64,000 nt of DNA from Lingula anatina (taxonomy: Eukaryota; Animalia; Brachiopoda). The notes beneath the pieces are model-generated. The model was not told the DNA's origin and searched no databases. It saw only the letters and a list, made by a program, of their open reading frames with translations. This document shows, piece after piece, positions 23,569 through 35,192 of the stretch. Numbering within the stretch: position 1 is the stretch's first letter; each line of letters starts with the position of its first letter. Both the position numbers and the translations under genes were made by a program. The stretch spans positions 9,792,587-9,856,586 of the forward strand of contig CM120648.1 in assembly GCA_051362555.1 (NCBI GenBank). Direction: 5' to 3'.

Positions 23569-26234
23569 AGTGGCTTTTTAAAAATATTACTGATTAACAA
23601 AACTGTGGGTTATTATAGAAGCAATCTTCTTCGAGCACACGTCTCGCTTATACAAGTAGCTGGTGAAGAAGATTACATCGTGGGGAAAACCATAAATGAC
23701 ATCGGTGTATACTTGTCTATTTATCTTATATTAGTTATTTTTCTACCAGCCATTTACCCTCCTATGAGAAAGGCAATGCAGACAAGTCAAATTGTTCAAG
23801 GTTTACAAGTATACCTGTAAGAAAAAAATGTTTCATAAAAAATGTTTCATTTTGTAGTGAAAGGAAAACTTAACAACATTAAAATAAATAACATAACGTA
23901 TCTTTTCTTAAAGTGTTATTTTGCTTATACTTCAAGTGCAACAGGTCAATAACAATGATTTTTCTTTTTTTTCTTTTTTAAAACTAATATTTATCAAGTA
24001 TTAATAAAGTGACAAAACAAAATAATGAATTATATGGTTATCACAATACCGTGGCTTTTTTTTTCAGGTTTACAACACAAACATAAATTTTCTAGTTGCA
24101 CGATAGGCCTACTCTCTAGTTCATGCATCATTTAATAAATGAACAACTTAGATATCCCACATTATAATTTTCCGAAATCGCTCCCTGCCATACCCTTTCA
24201 TCTGCCCATTTCCCTCCTTCTCTATCCTACCCCTCTCCTTCCTTTTAATCTCATCAAATTTTGAATTTTAAAATACGAATCTACAGGGTGACCCGAAAGA
24301 TGGATCCACTTTTGATAAAGTAGCATTTTCTAGTGAAAGGAAAACTTAACAACATTATAAATGTAAAGGCCAGACAACCTTACACCCCTTTGCTTTATGC
24401 ACATAGTACAACCCACATCCCCCACAGTCAGTAATAGGCAGTGCCACTGAATGTGAGTAGTTCATTCACACAGCAGATATCACAGAAGTAAGAAGTTAGA
24501 AAGATTCAGTGGTGTAAAAGAGGACATCAAATTGTAAGTTCAATGTTATGCTCATTGTTTATTATCAGTTGTAATACTGCATTGCCTCCATTAGGTTAAC
24601 GTTTATATTTGGAGGTGGTGTATTGCATGTGGTTGAAAACTGAAGCAAATGCACCAATTTTCCTATTTTTAATGTTGTTTCCTCTTTCCCCTTCCTTTAA
24701 ATGACAATAAGATTCAAAAAAATTTAAATTTCAAACACTACAAATACAAGCATTTACCATTCTGACGCTGCGCTGCTTTGGCAAAATAAACAAAACTACC
24801 AGTCAGAATGAAAGTTTTAAATTGAAATTGATTTAAATTCAGTTTAGAAACAATCAAATTCTGGCCCATAATTCAAGGAAATAAAACCTAAAAAAAATTG
24901 CCTTTTTAGTCTAATTTTGTGTTAAAGGCTATAGTAACGTGTTTTCTTCGCTACATGTCTAGATTGCTTCGGTTCAGTTCTATGGTCTGGGTGCCACTGC
25001 AACGCGTTGCTGGTTTGTGTCCCACCTGTAGCAATGTGCATCGGCACAATCGGGGGCAATTTTTTCCCCAAAAAACATGAAGCTAATTAAAAAAAAAAAG
25101 GAAATATCAACTCTTTTGCCGTCTGGTTACTTGGATGATGATCAAATGGTATTTTTTTCGTCAAGTGTAATGTATATATGCAGAGGGCGTTTGTGATAGC
25201 GTGAGATATAGATATAGAAAGTCTGATGTACCTGTTTCTGAAGCATTCCTTAAGATCTGGGGATTTTCTAACCCACGGAGAAAGAAGTGAAGCTGGAAAT
25301 ACGAAAAAGTACTCTCTGTTCACAGGAATCGCCTGTAGTCTCTTACAAAATTGTTGAGTCTCTTCTTTAATTTTTTATACCTTGCCAGAGACCCTGTGTT
25401 GTCATAGGGTAGCGTTAAGGGAGTTGGTGCAGTGCCCGGATGAAAATATTATTTTGAGACAACCAGGAAGGAACAGGCTATGTATGGGGATTACTGATAC
25501 TGGAAATTTACTTCCATATTAATAACATTGAACACTTTGAATGTCGAACCAGCTGTTGAAAGATGCTTTATTCCGTGTTTGACCAATGTAGAATTAATTT
25601 CGATCAAAATAAGCAATTTTGAGAGTTGGTGCTATGATATTCAATATAATATTTCTTTTATATTTTAGTCAGAATGATAAGCTGCTATTGCATTTTTGTT
25701 TTCGTAGATTCGTTTTTGTATATTACGTGATGTTACAAGGAATAAGAAACATACTCGGAGGGCCGATCGAGGTCCACTTTAAAATGGTAAACGTGGTGTA
25801 ATATTTATACTACTTACAAAATCTAAGTCCTGTCTGCATTATAATTTTATAGTTGTGAATATTCAACACACACAAACATGTATCTGATATTTCTGTGATC
25901 GTTTCCATCGTTTAATATGTAAGAACTACTGTACTTGTGGTGATCCCGTATCTCATGTTTTGCATGTAGTGGATTCTACACTTCACAGTATCCGCATATG
26001 ATGGTGTTCATTCTTCACAGCATCCGTATATATACTGTCGTTCGTTTGCTTTACAGAATCCGTATTTGACGCATCTTGTGCTTCACAGAATTATTTTATG
26101 TTGAAGCTGGCAATTTTGAAGATCGTCCAAATTCATGATATCAAACTCAAAAACAATTTTACGGATCTTTATTTTCTCAAAGGTATTGGATAAAATATAC
26201 CTTGATGATCAGATAATAAGAAAATTGCTTCAGT

Positions 26235-27994
26235 TTCCAGGAAAATTGTTATGGATTTTTTTTTGCTATTTAAAGTGCTAACGTAAGTTGTTTGTCTTTA
26301 ATCTCTACTGAACCGCAACTTGTCCGCGAATAAAGAGGAATAAAGCAAACTTATTTCCTGTTATTGCATGGGTGTTAAACATACAGTGCATTAATAAATA
26401 TGCAGGAAATCTACGCTTATATTAATCTCGAAAACAGAAGTACAGTAAAAACGGCATCTAAATGCTTCATTATTCTTATTTTTCACCTTTCACCGCAGTG
26501 AATTAATTTCCATACGCGTCATTAGGTTTACCGTAAACAATTACCCATATATGTTGAATTACGCATGGAAAACTAGGCAGCAAATCCGCATATTTGTAAA
26601 CTTGATTCACAACGTGCAAGAGAAATGTCTACTAACAGGGGGCTGTATTTTCTCTTTATTCCCTTGGCTGTATTGGCTTTATTTCCGATGATAATAATCC
26701 ACCGTTCAAAGACGACAATCAGGTATGTTTCAGACGAAATATCATGTACTTAATACAATTGGTTTAAAACTATACTCTCTGGCCACAGGGTGCGCTTGTA
26801 GTCCTTTTCTTGTTGAAAGGCTGTTTCTTGACTTCTCCTCTAAAACTGACCATATCATTTAATCAATCGGCGCATGTAATCTTTACAGAAAGGCGAAGTA
26901 CGTCTTTAAAATATGGACAGAAGAAATGACCTCCACATCTTTGAATGTTTGTCAAGCAAACCAGGAAAATCTATTTTTTTTTTATTTTTTTGTTTATTTT
27001 TTTTATTAAACATATACAAAACACAATACAGCACATTACAAAGAGGACAAACATACGAGAACATGCAATACATCACAGAATCAGAAAGCACATTTCAGTA
27101 CAAATACAAAACAATACACTACATAAGTACAGTTTTAACTTAATACAATATATACACTTTTATGGGTGCACAGTCACTGAACTATTATTTTAATATTGTA
27201 GAACGTATAATACAATATACAAAATTCTTCAGTACATTACAGAGTAGGGGAGAGCTTCCAGGAAAATTGTTATGGATTTTTTTTTGCTATTTAAAGTGCT
27301 AACGTAAGTTGTTTGTCTTTAGCCTCTACTGAACCGCAACTTGTCCGCGAATAAAGAGGAGTAAAGCAAACTTATTTCCTGTTATTGCATGGGTGTTAAA
27401 CATACAGTGCATTAATAAATATGCAGGAAATCTACGCTTATATTAATCTCGAAAACAGAAGTACAGTAAAAACGGCATCTAAATGCTTCAATATTCTTAT
27501 TTTTTACCTTTCACCGCAGTGAATTAATTTCCATACGCGTCATTAGGTTTACCGTAAACAATTACCCATATATGTTGAATTACGCATGGAAAACTAGGCA
27601 GCAAATCCGCATATTTGTAAACTTGATTCACAACGTGCAAGAGAAATGTCTACTAACAGGGGGCTGTATTTTCTCTTTATTCCCTTGGCTGTATTGGCTT
27701 TATTTCCGATGATAATAATCCACCGTTCAAAGACGACAATCAGGTATGTTTCAGACGAAATATCATGTACTTAATACAATTGGTTTAAAACTATACTCTC
27801 TGGCCACAGGGTGCGCTTGTAGTCCTTTTCTTGTTGAAAGGCTGTTTCTTGACTTCTCCTCTAAAACTGACCATATCATTTAATCAATCGGCGCATGTAA
27901 TCTTTACAGAAAGGCGAAGTACGTCTTTAAAATATGGACAGAAGAAATGACCTCCACATCTTTGAATGTTTGTCAAGCAAACCAGGAAAATCTA
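26235..27994 (+). repeat. ~740-bp direct duplication (26235-26973 and 27256-27994) containing GT7 coding exons 1-2
   Basis: Near-identical copies offset by 1021 bp and separated by a poly(A)-tailed insert. Confidence 0.95.
26974..27255 (-). mobile_element. 5'-truncated poly(A)-tailed retro-insertion (LINE 3' UTR-like)
   Basis: The minus strand is TG-rich non-coding sequence ending ..gtttAATAAAaaaaataaacaaaaaaataaaaaaaaaa, and sits precisely between the two duplicated blocks. Confidence 0.7.
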
Positions 27995-30900
27995 GGTAAG
28001 GACGTGGGGCAAGACCGAGGTGAGGCTCCACATATACGGATGTTCTCACAGATTGTGCATGTGGCAGTGAATATTAAAATGAAAGTTGTATAACTTAGGG
28101 GAAAACATGCAGTGGTGTGTGTTAAACATTTTCTATGGAAGAGCGTATGTCAAGCAAACCAATAAAATTCGGGTAAAAATATAGATAGGATATGTTTTGT
28201 ACCTGAACAAAATTGCAACAGAATTTGTTTTTCACCATGTATTGCCTTGAAGTCTTGGGAGCATCATACTAAAAGAATCTCTGCATGGAAAAAACGAAAA
28301 ATCCAAAATGGCTGTCAATATCTATAGAAATATACTATAGCATTAATGATCTTGCATCACATCACCGCCGTTTATTTTTCATTCAATATTAAGAGCCAAT
28401 TTCGTCAAAAGCATTCTCTCTAGTGGTTGATGGACATTTTGGCTTTATCATTTGGTATAAAATAGCTCTAAAAATAAAGGAAACCCTATCGACAACATAT
28501 GTCTGTAGTGCACAACTAAGCTGAAATAGTTGCTGACCCAATATTATAGGTGAACTTCGAGTAAGAAAATACTTTGGAATGGACATGCTGGTCATTGTGG
28601 GAAAGCCCTGCCTGTTTTAAACATGAAATTAAATTGATTGGAGACCACCAGAGTTTGCAATATGTTTTAACTTCAACAGTCTGTCGAATAAGTAAAATAT
28701 CCAATATCTTAAGGAAACGCATTTTGAAAACGTGTTATGGCTGTTATATCTATCTATTGGACTTATTGGCCATCTTGTGAAACCATATAGACCTATAGCT
28801 TCAAACGTTCTTTACAGCTCCAATTTTGACATCAAAATCTGCAAAATATCTGTAATTTGTAATGATCTCTACATAATGCATGAAAAGTGATATACTCCGT
28901 AGTTATATTGAGCCGATTTATACATAATTATTAACAGTAAACGAATGACAAATGTCAAGTGCAAATTTGGGATGAAATAGTGGAACGAGGCGAGTTCATA
29001 TGCTAGAGTATACATGTATATTTCTCTGGTAATTGTTCCCAAGCAGGAATTCTTCGGGGCTTTTCTTCCTTTTAGCATTTTGATTAGGGGAATTCAAGGA
29101 AATACATGGTGAAACAATAGATTCTTTTGTAACTACAGGGTTATCACTTAATATGGAATATTATTTTTTGGCGAGTAAATTTTCTATTAAATATTTGATA
29201 TCTCTCTAACTATTTTAAATCTAAAACTGAGGTGTCACTCCATGTGTAGCCAGGTGTGTTACCTAATTACCACACAACTCTCGAATCAATTGATGCATGC
29301 AGTTGCATGTTCTGTGGTCAGAAATGTAAGGGGTGGTCATTTCGGCAATTTATGCCCTTGTATAAAAACGCATGGGTTTGGTCAATCTTTGGAGTGTGTT
29401 TAGAGAAGCAACAAGGGATCGCTCTGAAACTTGACAGGTACCTTAGTGAAAATATGGTTCGACATCTAAGCAACGCAGCTTACTATGGGATTCTTGCTCT
29501 CAGAGAAAATGGCCAGAAACAGATAGCCATTGCCAGGTAATTCAACATTTATCAGGAACCGTTTGTAAAGTCTTCCAACGAAATGCTGCGACAGGGGCAC
29601 CTACTCCAGTACCTCGACCAGGGTGTCCGCGTATCACACCAAGAAGACAGGATCGCCATCTCCTTAAAAGACGCAGTGCTGGTCTTACAAAGACAACCAG
29701 TGTCCTCAGAAAAGAGAGGCAAAATGTCATTCAAACGCCCGTTTCAAGGTCCCTCGTGAACAAGAAATTACTGCAAGCCGGTTATTTTGCACGAAGACCA
29801 GTAGGGAAACCACTGTTAACAGCTGGTCATATACAGCGACGTCTGCAGTGGGCTGGGGACCACGTGCGTTTGCAGCCAAAACACTGGAATCACGCCATTT
29901 TCAGTGATGAGGCCAGATATGAATTTTTTGGGATTGATGGTCGAATCCGTGTCTACAGACGTGTTCGAGGGACATAAAACGATGATTGTGTACTGCCTAG
30001 GGTGCAAGCAGGGGATGGTAACGTCTCTGTTTGGGGAGCATTTGATGTCGGTGCCCAGAACCAGTTGGTTTCTCTAGGAGGCAACCTCAACCAGGATTCC
30101 TACAGAGACATTCTACAGCAAACAATGCTGCGATTGGTAAGAGTAATCTTCAGGAACAAATGTGTGTACCAAGACGACTACGCAACCCCACATTGAGCCC
30201 GTAGAATCACTGTTTTTCTTCAAAACCAATGGGTTCAGCAACTGCCCTGGCCTGCAAACTCTCCAGATTTGAACCCAATTGAAAAACTTTGGGCAAAAGT
30301 AACTCACAGAATTAATAGCTATGGTCATCGTCCGGTAAATAGTGATGAACTGCGACAGGCAAATATCACTGCGTGGAATGATATCCCCATCCAAACTCTA
30401 AAAAAATGTGTCACAGGGTATGCCATGTAGGATGAGGGCGCTGCAAGCGGCTGCTGGAGGTCATACCCGCAATTACTGTCTTTTCATGATTTACTGTAGT
30501 GAGTTCTTTGATTGTGTAACATATCACTGTCCGGAGGCTATCATTTTCTTTATTATCTTAGCTTAAAGTTAATACTGACATCAAACTGTTGCTATGGTTT
30601 TCTGGAAGTGTTATTTCTGTTGAATGGCATCTTATGGCTGCTTGATATTATACCAAAATATCTCAACAGAAGACTGGGCGTTTTTTTCACTCAGTGACAT
30701 ACTTTTTTTGATGAATCTAGCCAAAAAAATGTAAATAGCACTCAAAAATAACAATGATAAAAATATTCCATATTAAATAGCAACCCTGTATGTCCAGAGT
30801 AAACCCTATTTTGCTTTATGGATGCAAAGTTTGAATACAGCTACAAGCATAAAATCTATACATATGGATACCTGTGTGATAATGGAAATGAAAAGGATAG

Positions 30901-33900
30901 GGAAACAGGCACTACTGTGTGTTAAACGTTTCAATTAAGAATCAAGCGGGTATTTATTCCTATGTTAGCATATTGAAGACGTTAATTCATACAGCACAAA
31001 GTCATTTGAGGAAAACAAAGTATTGTAAAAGAAACAGTGCGACCACTTGAAGACATTGCGATAGTCAGATCGTGGTGTTGTGAGGATCGCTAAAACATAC
31101 TTATGATGACGAACCTTTGTTACTCGATGCTGCTAGAAAATAAGACACACTTTAACACACATCTGCAGCCAAATGGTCGTCAAAAAGGTTGAGTTTAGAA
31201 ATACAACAAATATATTTTGTCCATTTCCTCTTTTATCCTGATGATGTTACATATCGAGTGTGTTCTTTTTCTAATTTAGAAAATGTATACAAAGTACGTT
31301 TGGAACCGTTGCCAATGTCAAACAGAACGGAGCTGTTTAAAGAGGTTGCCACTGGAGGCCGATGGGCACCTACGTCATGCAAGCCTAGGGATCACGTGGC
31401 GATCATCATCCCTTACCGTGATAGACAAAAACACTTGGAAATTCTCCTCCTAAATCTACACCCTTTTCTACAAAGCCAAAAGTGCCTCTACCAGATATTC
31501 GTCATTGAACAAGTAGACTGCTTAACGACTGTTGCTTTTTAGCAACCTTCATCTCCCTCTCTTTCTGTCTCTCTCCCTCTCTCTCTCTCCCTCTGTCTCA
31601 GTTAATAGTATCAGATCCTCGGGTGCCACAAAGATAGGTAGTATCAAGGGTTCGTACACCATCTTTATTCAGTTTCCTGCAAGACGGCAACATTCAACTT
31701 TTCTCTATCAAAACTTCTTGAACTTTACCCTGCGTCACTTCATTTCAATTCATCTCCATTTGTTTTCTGAACACATCGGGTGCTGTTTTAAATCTTAATC
31801 AGCGTATTCATATTTCTGCAGGCTCACCCAGAACCTTTTAACACCGGATATGCCAAAAATATTGGATTTGTCGAGGCCAGTGCCACGTTTAATTTCACCT
31901 GCTACATATTTCACGACGTGGATAAAATCCCTATGAACAATTCACTGCTCTATAGATGTCCGCCTGGCAGAGTTCTTCATTTTGCCTCCGCTGAGGATAG
32001 GTTTAAGTACAGGTCTGTGATAATAATCCGCTACACAGCCTCTCTCTCGCTCATGTTCTGTCTCTCTCTCTTCGATTTCAGAATCTCGATTCTCTCTGCC
32101 AATGAAAATTATCACTGAAAATGCGACAATAAGGCGATCTCGGCTGTTTAAAAGATCTTTAAAAGACTGTTTTATCTATTTTGTCAATTTCAAATCCAAG
32201 TATTTTAAGAAATAAACAAATAAGTAAAAAGATAAAAATTATAAGTAAATGAATAAATATAAAGCTTTGCATGTTGTGACTTCAGGCTCCCCTATAAAAA
32301 CTACATCGGAGGAGTTATTGGATTCACTCCTGACACATTCAAAAAGATAAATGGGTTTGCTAATAACTACATAGGATGGGGTGGTGATGACGACGACATT
32401 TTTCTAAGGTAAGTGGGATGCTTATGGACGCCGGTACTGTAGGTGATTTATCCCTTCATCATTAAGGTAATTTTTAAGCAAATATAACCATTTTCGGTAA
32501 AATCATTAACAGTTGATCGCACTGGTTCTTCTGAATATTATTTTGGGATGGCATACACTCACAAGTTACCAGTAGATACAAATGCAACTAAAATTAGTCC
32601 TCATTACCGTTCAGTTAGAGCGCATAAATAACAAGCTGATCCGCAGACTAAATATGACCGACTGTTGCTGTTGGCTGTTTTGAATGCACTGTTATATCAG
32701 AGTGAAATAAGCAGGGGTGGACCCAGGATTAATTGAAGGGCGTGGGGTTGGGGGCCCGCTTAAGGACCCCATAAAAATGGTATTTTAGAGGGCAAAAAGT
32801 GCCATTTGGAATGGTTTAGAGCTATGATTCAGCTAGTCAAAATTATAATTTCAAGACGGGGCCATTGGTGTGATTTTATTCAGAATTCGAAGGGGGGTGG
32901 GGAGATCAGGACCCCCCTGACCCCCCCTCTAAATCCGCCATTGATAAGCCCCTGGTAAGGGCGTCAGATGGTTGTTTTGGATAAGGGGTAGAGTTTAAAG
33001 CCTCTCCCGCCAAAATCACAACGCAATCATAATTTGAATGTTGGTGTACGATTTTAAATTAAACCAGGGGTTGGGGGCCCGCTTAAGGACCCCATAAAAA
33101 TGGTATTTTAGAGGGCAAAAAGTGCCATTTGGAATGGTTTAGAGCTATGATTCAGCTAGTCAAAATTATAATTTCAAGACGGGGCCATTGGTGTGATTTT
33201 ATTCAGAATTCGAAGTGGGGTGGGGAGGTCAGGACCCCCCTGACCCCCCCTCTAAATCCGCCATTGATAAGCCCCTGGTAAGGGCGTCAGATGGTTGTTT
33301 TGGATAAGGGGTAGAGTTTAAAGCCTCTCCCGCCAAAATCACAACGCAATCATAATTTGAATGTTGGTGTACGATTTTAAATTAAACCAGATCTGTCTTG
33401 TTTTAGGAGTGTATATCAAAAGGTTCCTATTGAGCATGCCAACAATCGTTTGGGCGTGTACAGAGTTTTAAACCATCCGCGGTTGCCTGGTGACGTATAC
33501 ATGGAAAAGTGAGTTATTATAATACAGTGTATATTATAAAGTACATGTATCTTGTGAAAAAGAAAAAGAAGTTTTTTTGCACCCCTAGTAATATTCTAGG
33601 CTGATACAAGGGCTTGCTTAATATTACTTTTAAGTTAAAAATGGCATAATGATTTAAAAATGACAAAAAAAAAAAAAAACAAAAAAAACAAAAACAAATT
33701 TTAAATCCATCTTACTTGAACCAAAACAAGTAGCCTACATGTGCTTTTTAAATATGCTAGTACATGTTGTATCCAGTACTTATTCGACCTGCTAATCACT
33801 AACTATTTTAATAGTGTTTTTTTCAAGAGTTTTTTAAGTAAAGTGATTCGAATTCCCGGTGACTTATAATCATATTTGCCTTCTTGAAATTCTGCATAAG

Positions 33901-35192
33901 CCCACTCATTTTCAATCATTAAGCAAATGTTTTATTTCGTTCTTAAATGATTATTATTAAAATAATTTAAAGGTCTTCCATTCTTCTGGTTTATATCCAT
34001 ATAATATAATTTTTTTCTATGGAATGTGAGTCGACGGACTTGATACATTGAACTACATCCTACTAGCAACAGAGAATTTTCGCTTGGTCCCACTCTCGTT
34101 GTTTTTGCATACCCATTGCCATATATTCTGCAGAATTTCCAATGCTGCATAGCTTCCGTTGTATAATGATTGCCATTGCAAATAATTCATAGAGGTCCCA
34201 TGCTCCAGTTTGCATCGAAACTGTATAGGCACTACGGGCCTTGGAATAGTGGACTTAGTACGCTGAATTACACCCTGCTAGCAACAGAGTATCGACCAAC
34301 TTACACGTGGATCAAATTTAATGTCGATCAGGCCAGCATGATGAAGGTACGTAAGAACAGAACCTAAATCTTAAAAAGCATACAGCAGAACAGGATGGAT
34401 CGAGTCTCTATAATGATATATTGTTTTTTAAATGGTGCAGAATTTTATATAAATTTTACCAAATAAAATTTGAAGCGGTCTTTTCTGCACAGATATAAAT
34501 TATAAGAGTTTCCTGTCCTTGTATACATTACCTTGTGTCAGTTATAGCTTATTTTATCAGCAATATGCGTGCGAACGTGCATGCGCGCGTGCGCGAGAGA
34601 GTCCTAACGTCCAACCTTTTGTTTCGCAGACGTAATTGGACGTGACGTTGAGTAGAATTAATATTTTGTAAACGAACTAAACCCCGCTCTTTTTTTTATA
34701 CGTCGTATGCACTTCCAGAACGTGTGGAAAGGCATAATGGACGCCAGGTTTGACAAAACGGCCAATAGTACATACTGGAAAATTAACGAGCAACGGGCTT
34801 TCCAAATGTTTCCTAAGTAAGTGAACAAATGCTAGTTAATTTAAATGTGAAATTCTGATGAGAATATTTACATGAAATAGTGCCAAAATTGACCAAATTT
34901 AGAACAATAATTTCTATGTTTATCCTTGTTAACGCAAATACTCTTGTCAGCATTAATTTAGATCGAGGAGCCATAAAGTGTTTGAGCTTGGTTTGAGCCT
35001 GCGATGCATACAGTATGCCAAAAATAACTGTTTCTTTTGCTCACCATTCATAAACCCATGAATCCGTTAGTATATTTGCAAGATTCATGACAATTGTCGT
35101 GTGTTATTTTGTGCATTCTTGATAAAGATTTCTAAATTTTGATTTTAATTTTATTTTTCAGAACTGAGTGGAAAGGCGGAAAGGGGAGGTAG
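27646..35192 (+). CDS. GT7 beta-1,4-galactosyltransferase/GalNAc-transferase family protein (exons 27646-27743, 27910-27995, 31280-31512, 31822-32012, 32286-32408, 33407-33508, 34193-34346, 34719-34816, 35162-35192)
   Basis: Signal anchor MSTNRGLYFLFIPLAVLALFPMIII. Family motifs: GGRWAP..C, VAIIIPYRDR, FVIEQ, PFN, IFHDVD, LPY..YIGG, INGF.NNY.GWGGDDDD, SGLSTLNY. All splice phases are compatible. The last two exons are less certain. Confidence 0.85.
29136..30788 (+). mobile_element. Tc1-family DNA transposon, full length but inactive
   Basis: TA|CAGGGTTATCACTTAATATGGAATATT...AATATTCCATATTAAATAGCAACCCTG|TA. Confidence 0.92.
29454..30475 (+). pseudogene. Tc1 DD34E transposase with stops and frameshifts
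   Basis: RRPVGKPLLT..R.QWA, IFSDEARY, SVWGAF, YQDDYATPH*, WPANSPDLNPIEKLW, GGHTR, spread over several reading frames. Confidence 0.9.
32712..32943. mobile_element. MITE (reverse copy of the 18827 family), perfect 5-bp TSD ATAAG
   Basis: ATAAG|CAGGGGTGGACCCAGGATT...AAATCCGCCATTG|ATAAG. Confidence 0.85.
32744..33390 (+). repeat. 323-bp intronic tandem duplication (part of the MITE plus flank)
   Basis: ggggttgggggcccgcttaagg...ttaaaccag repeated at 32744 and 33067, almost identical. Confidence 0.95.

Noticed and set aside
28141-28180. Third, degenerate copy of the 3' end of GT7 exon 2 (gtcaagcaaacc..ggtaa)
   Set aside because: Too short and diverged, with no convincing acceptor; at most an old duplication relic.
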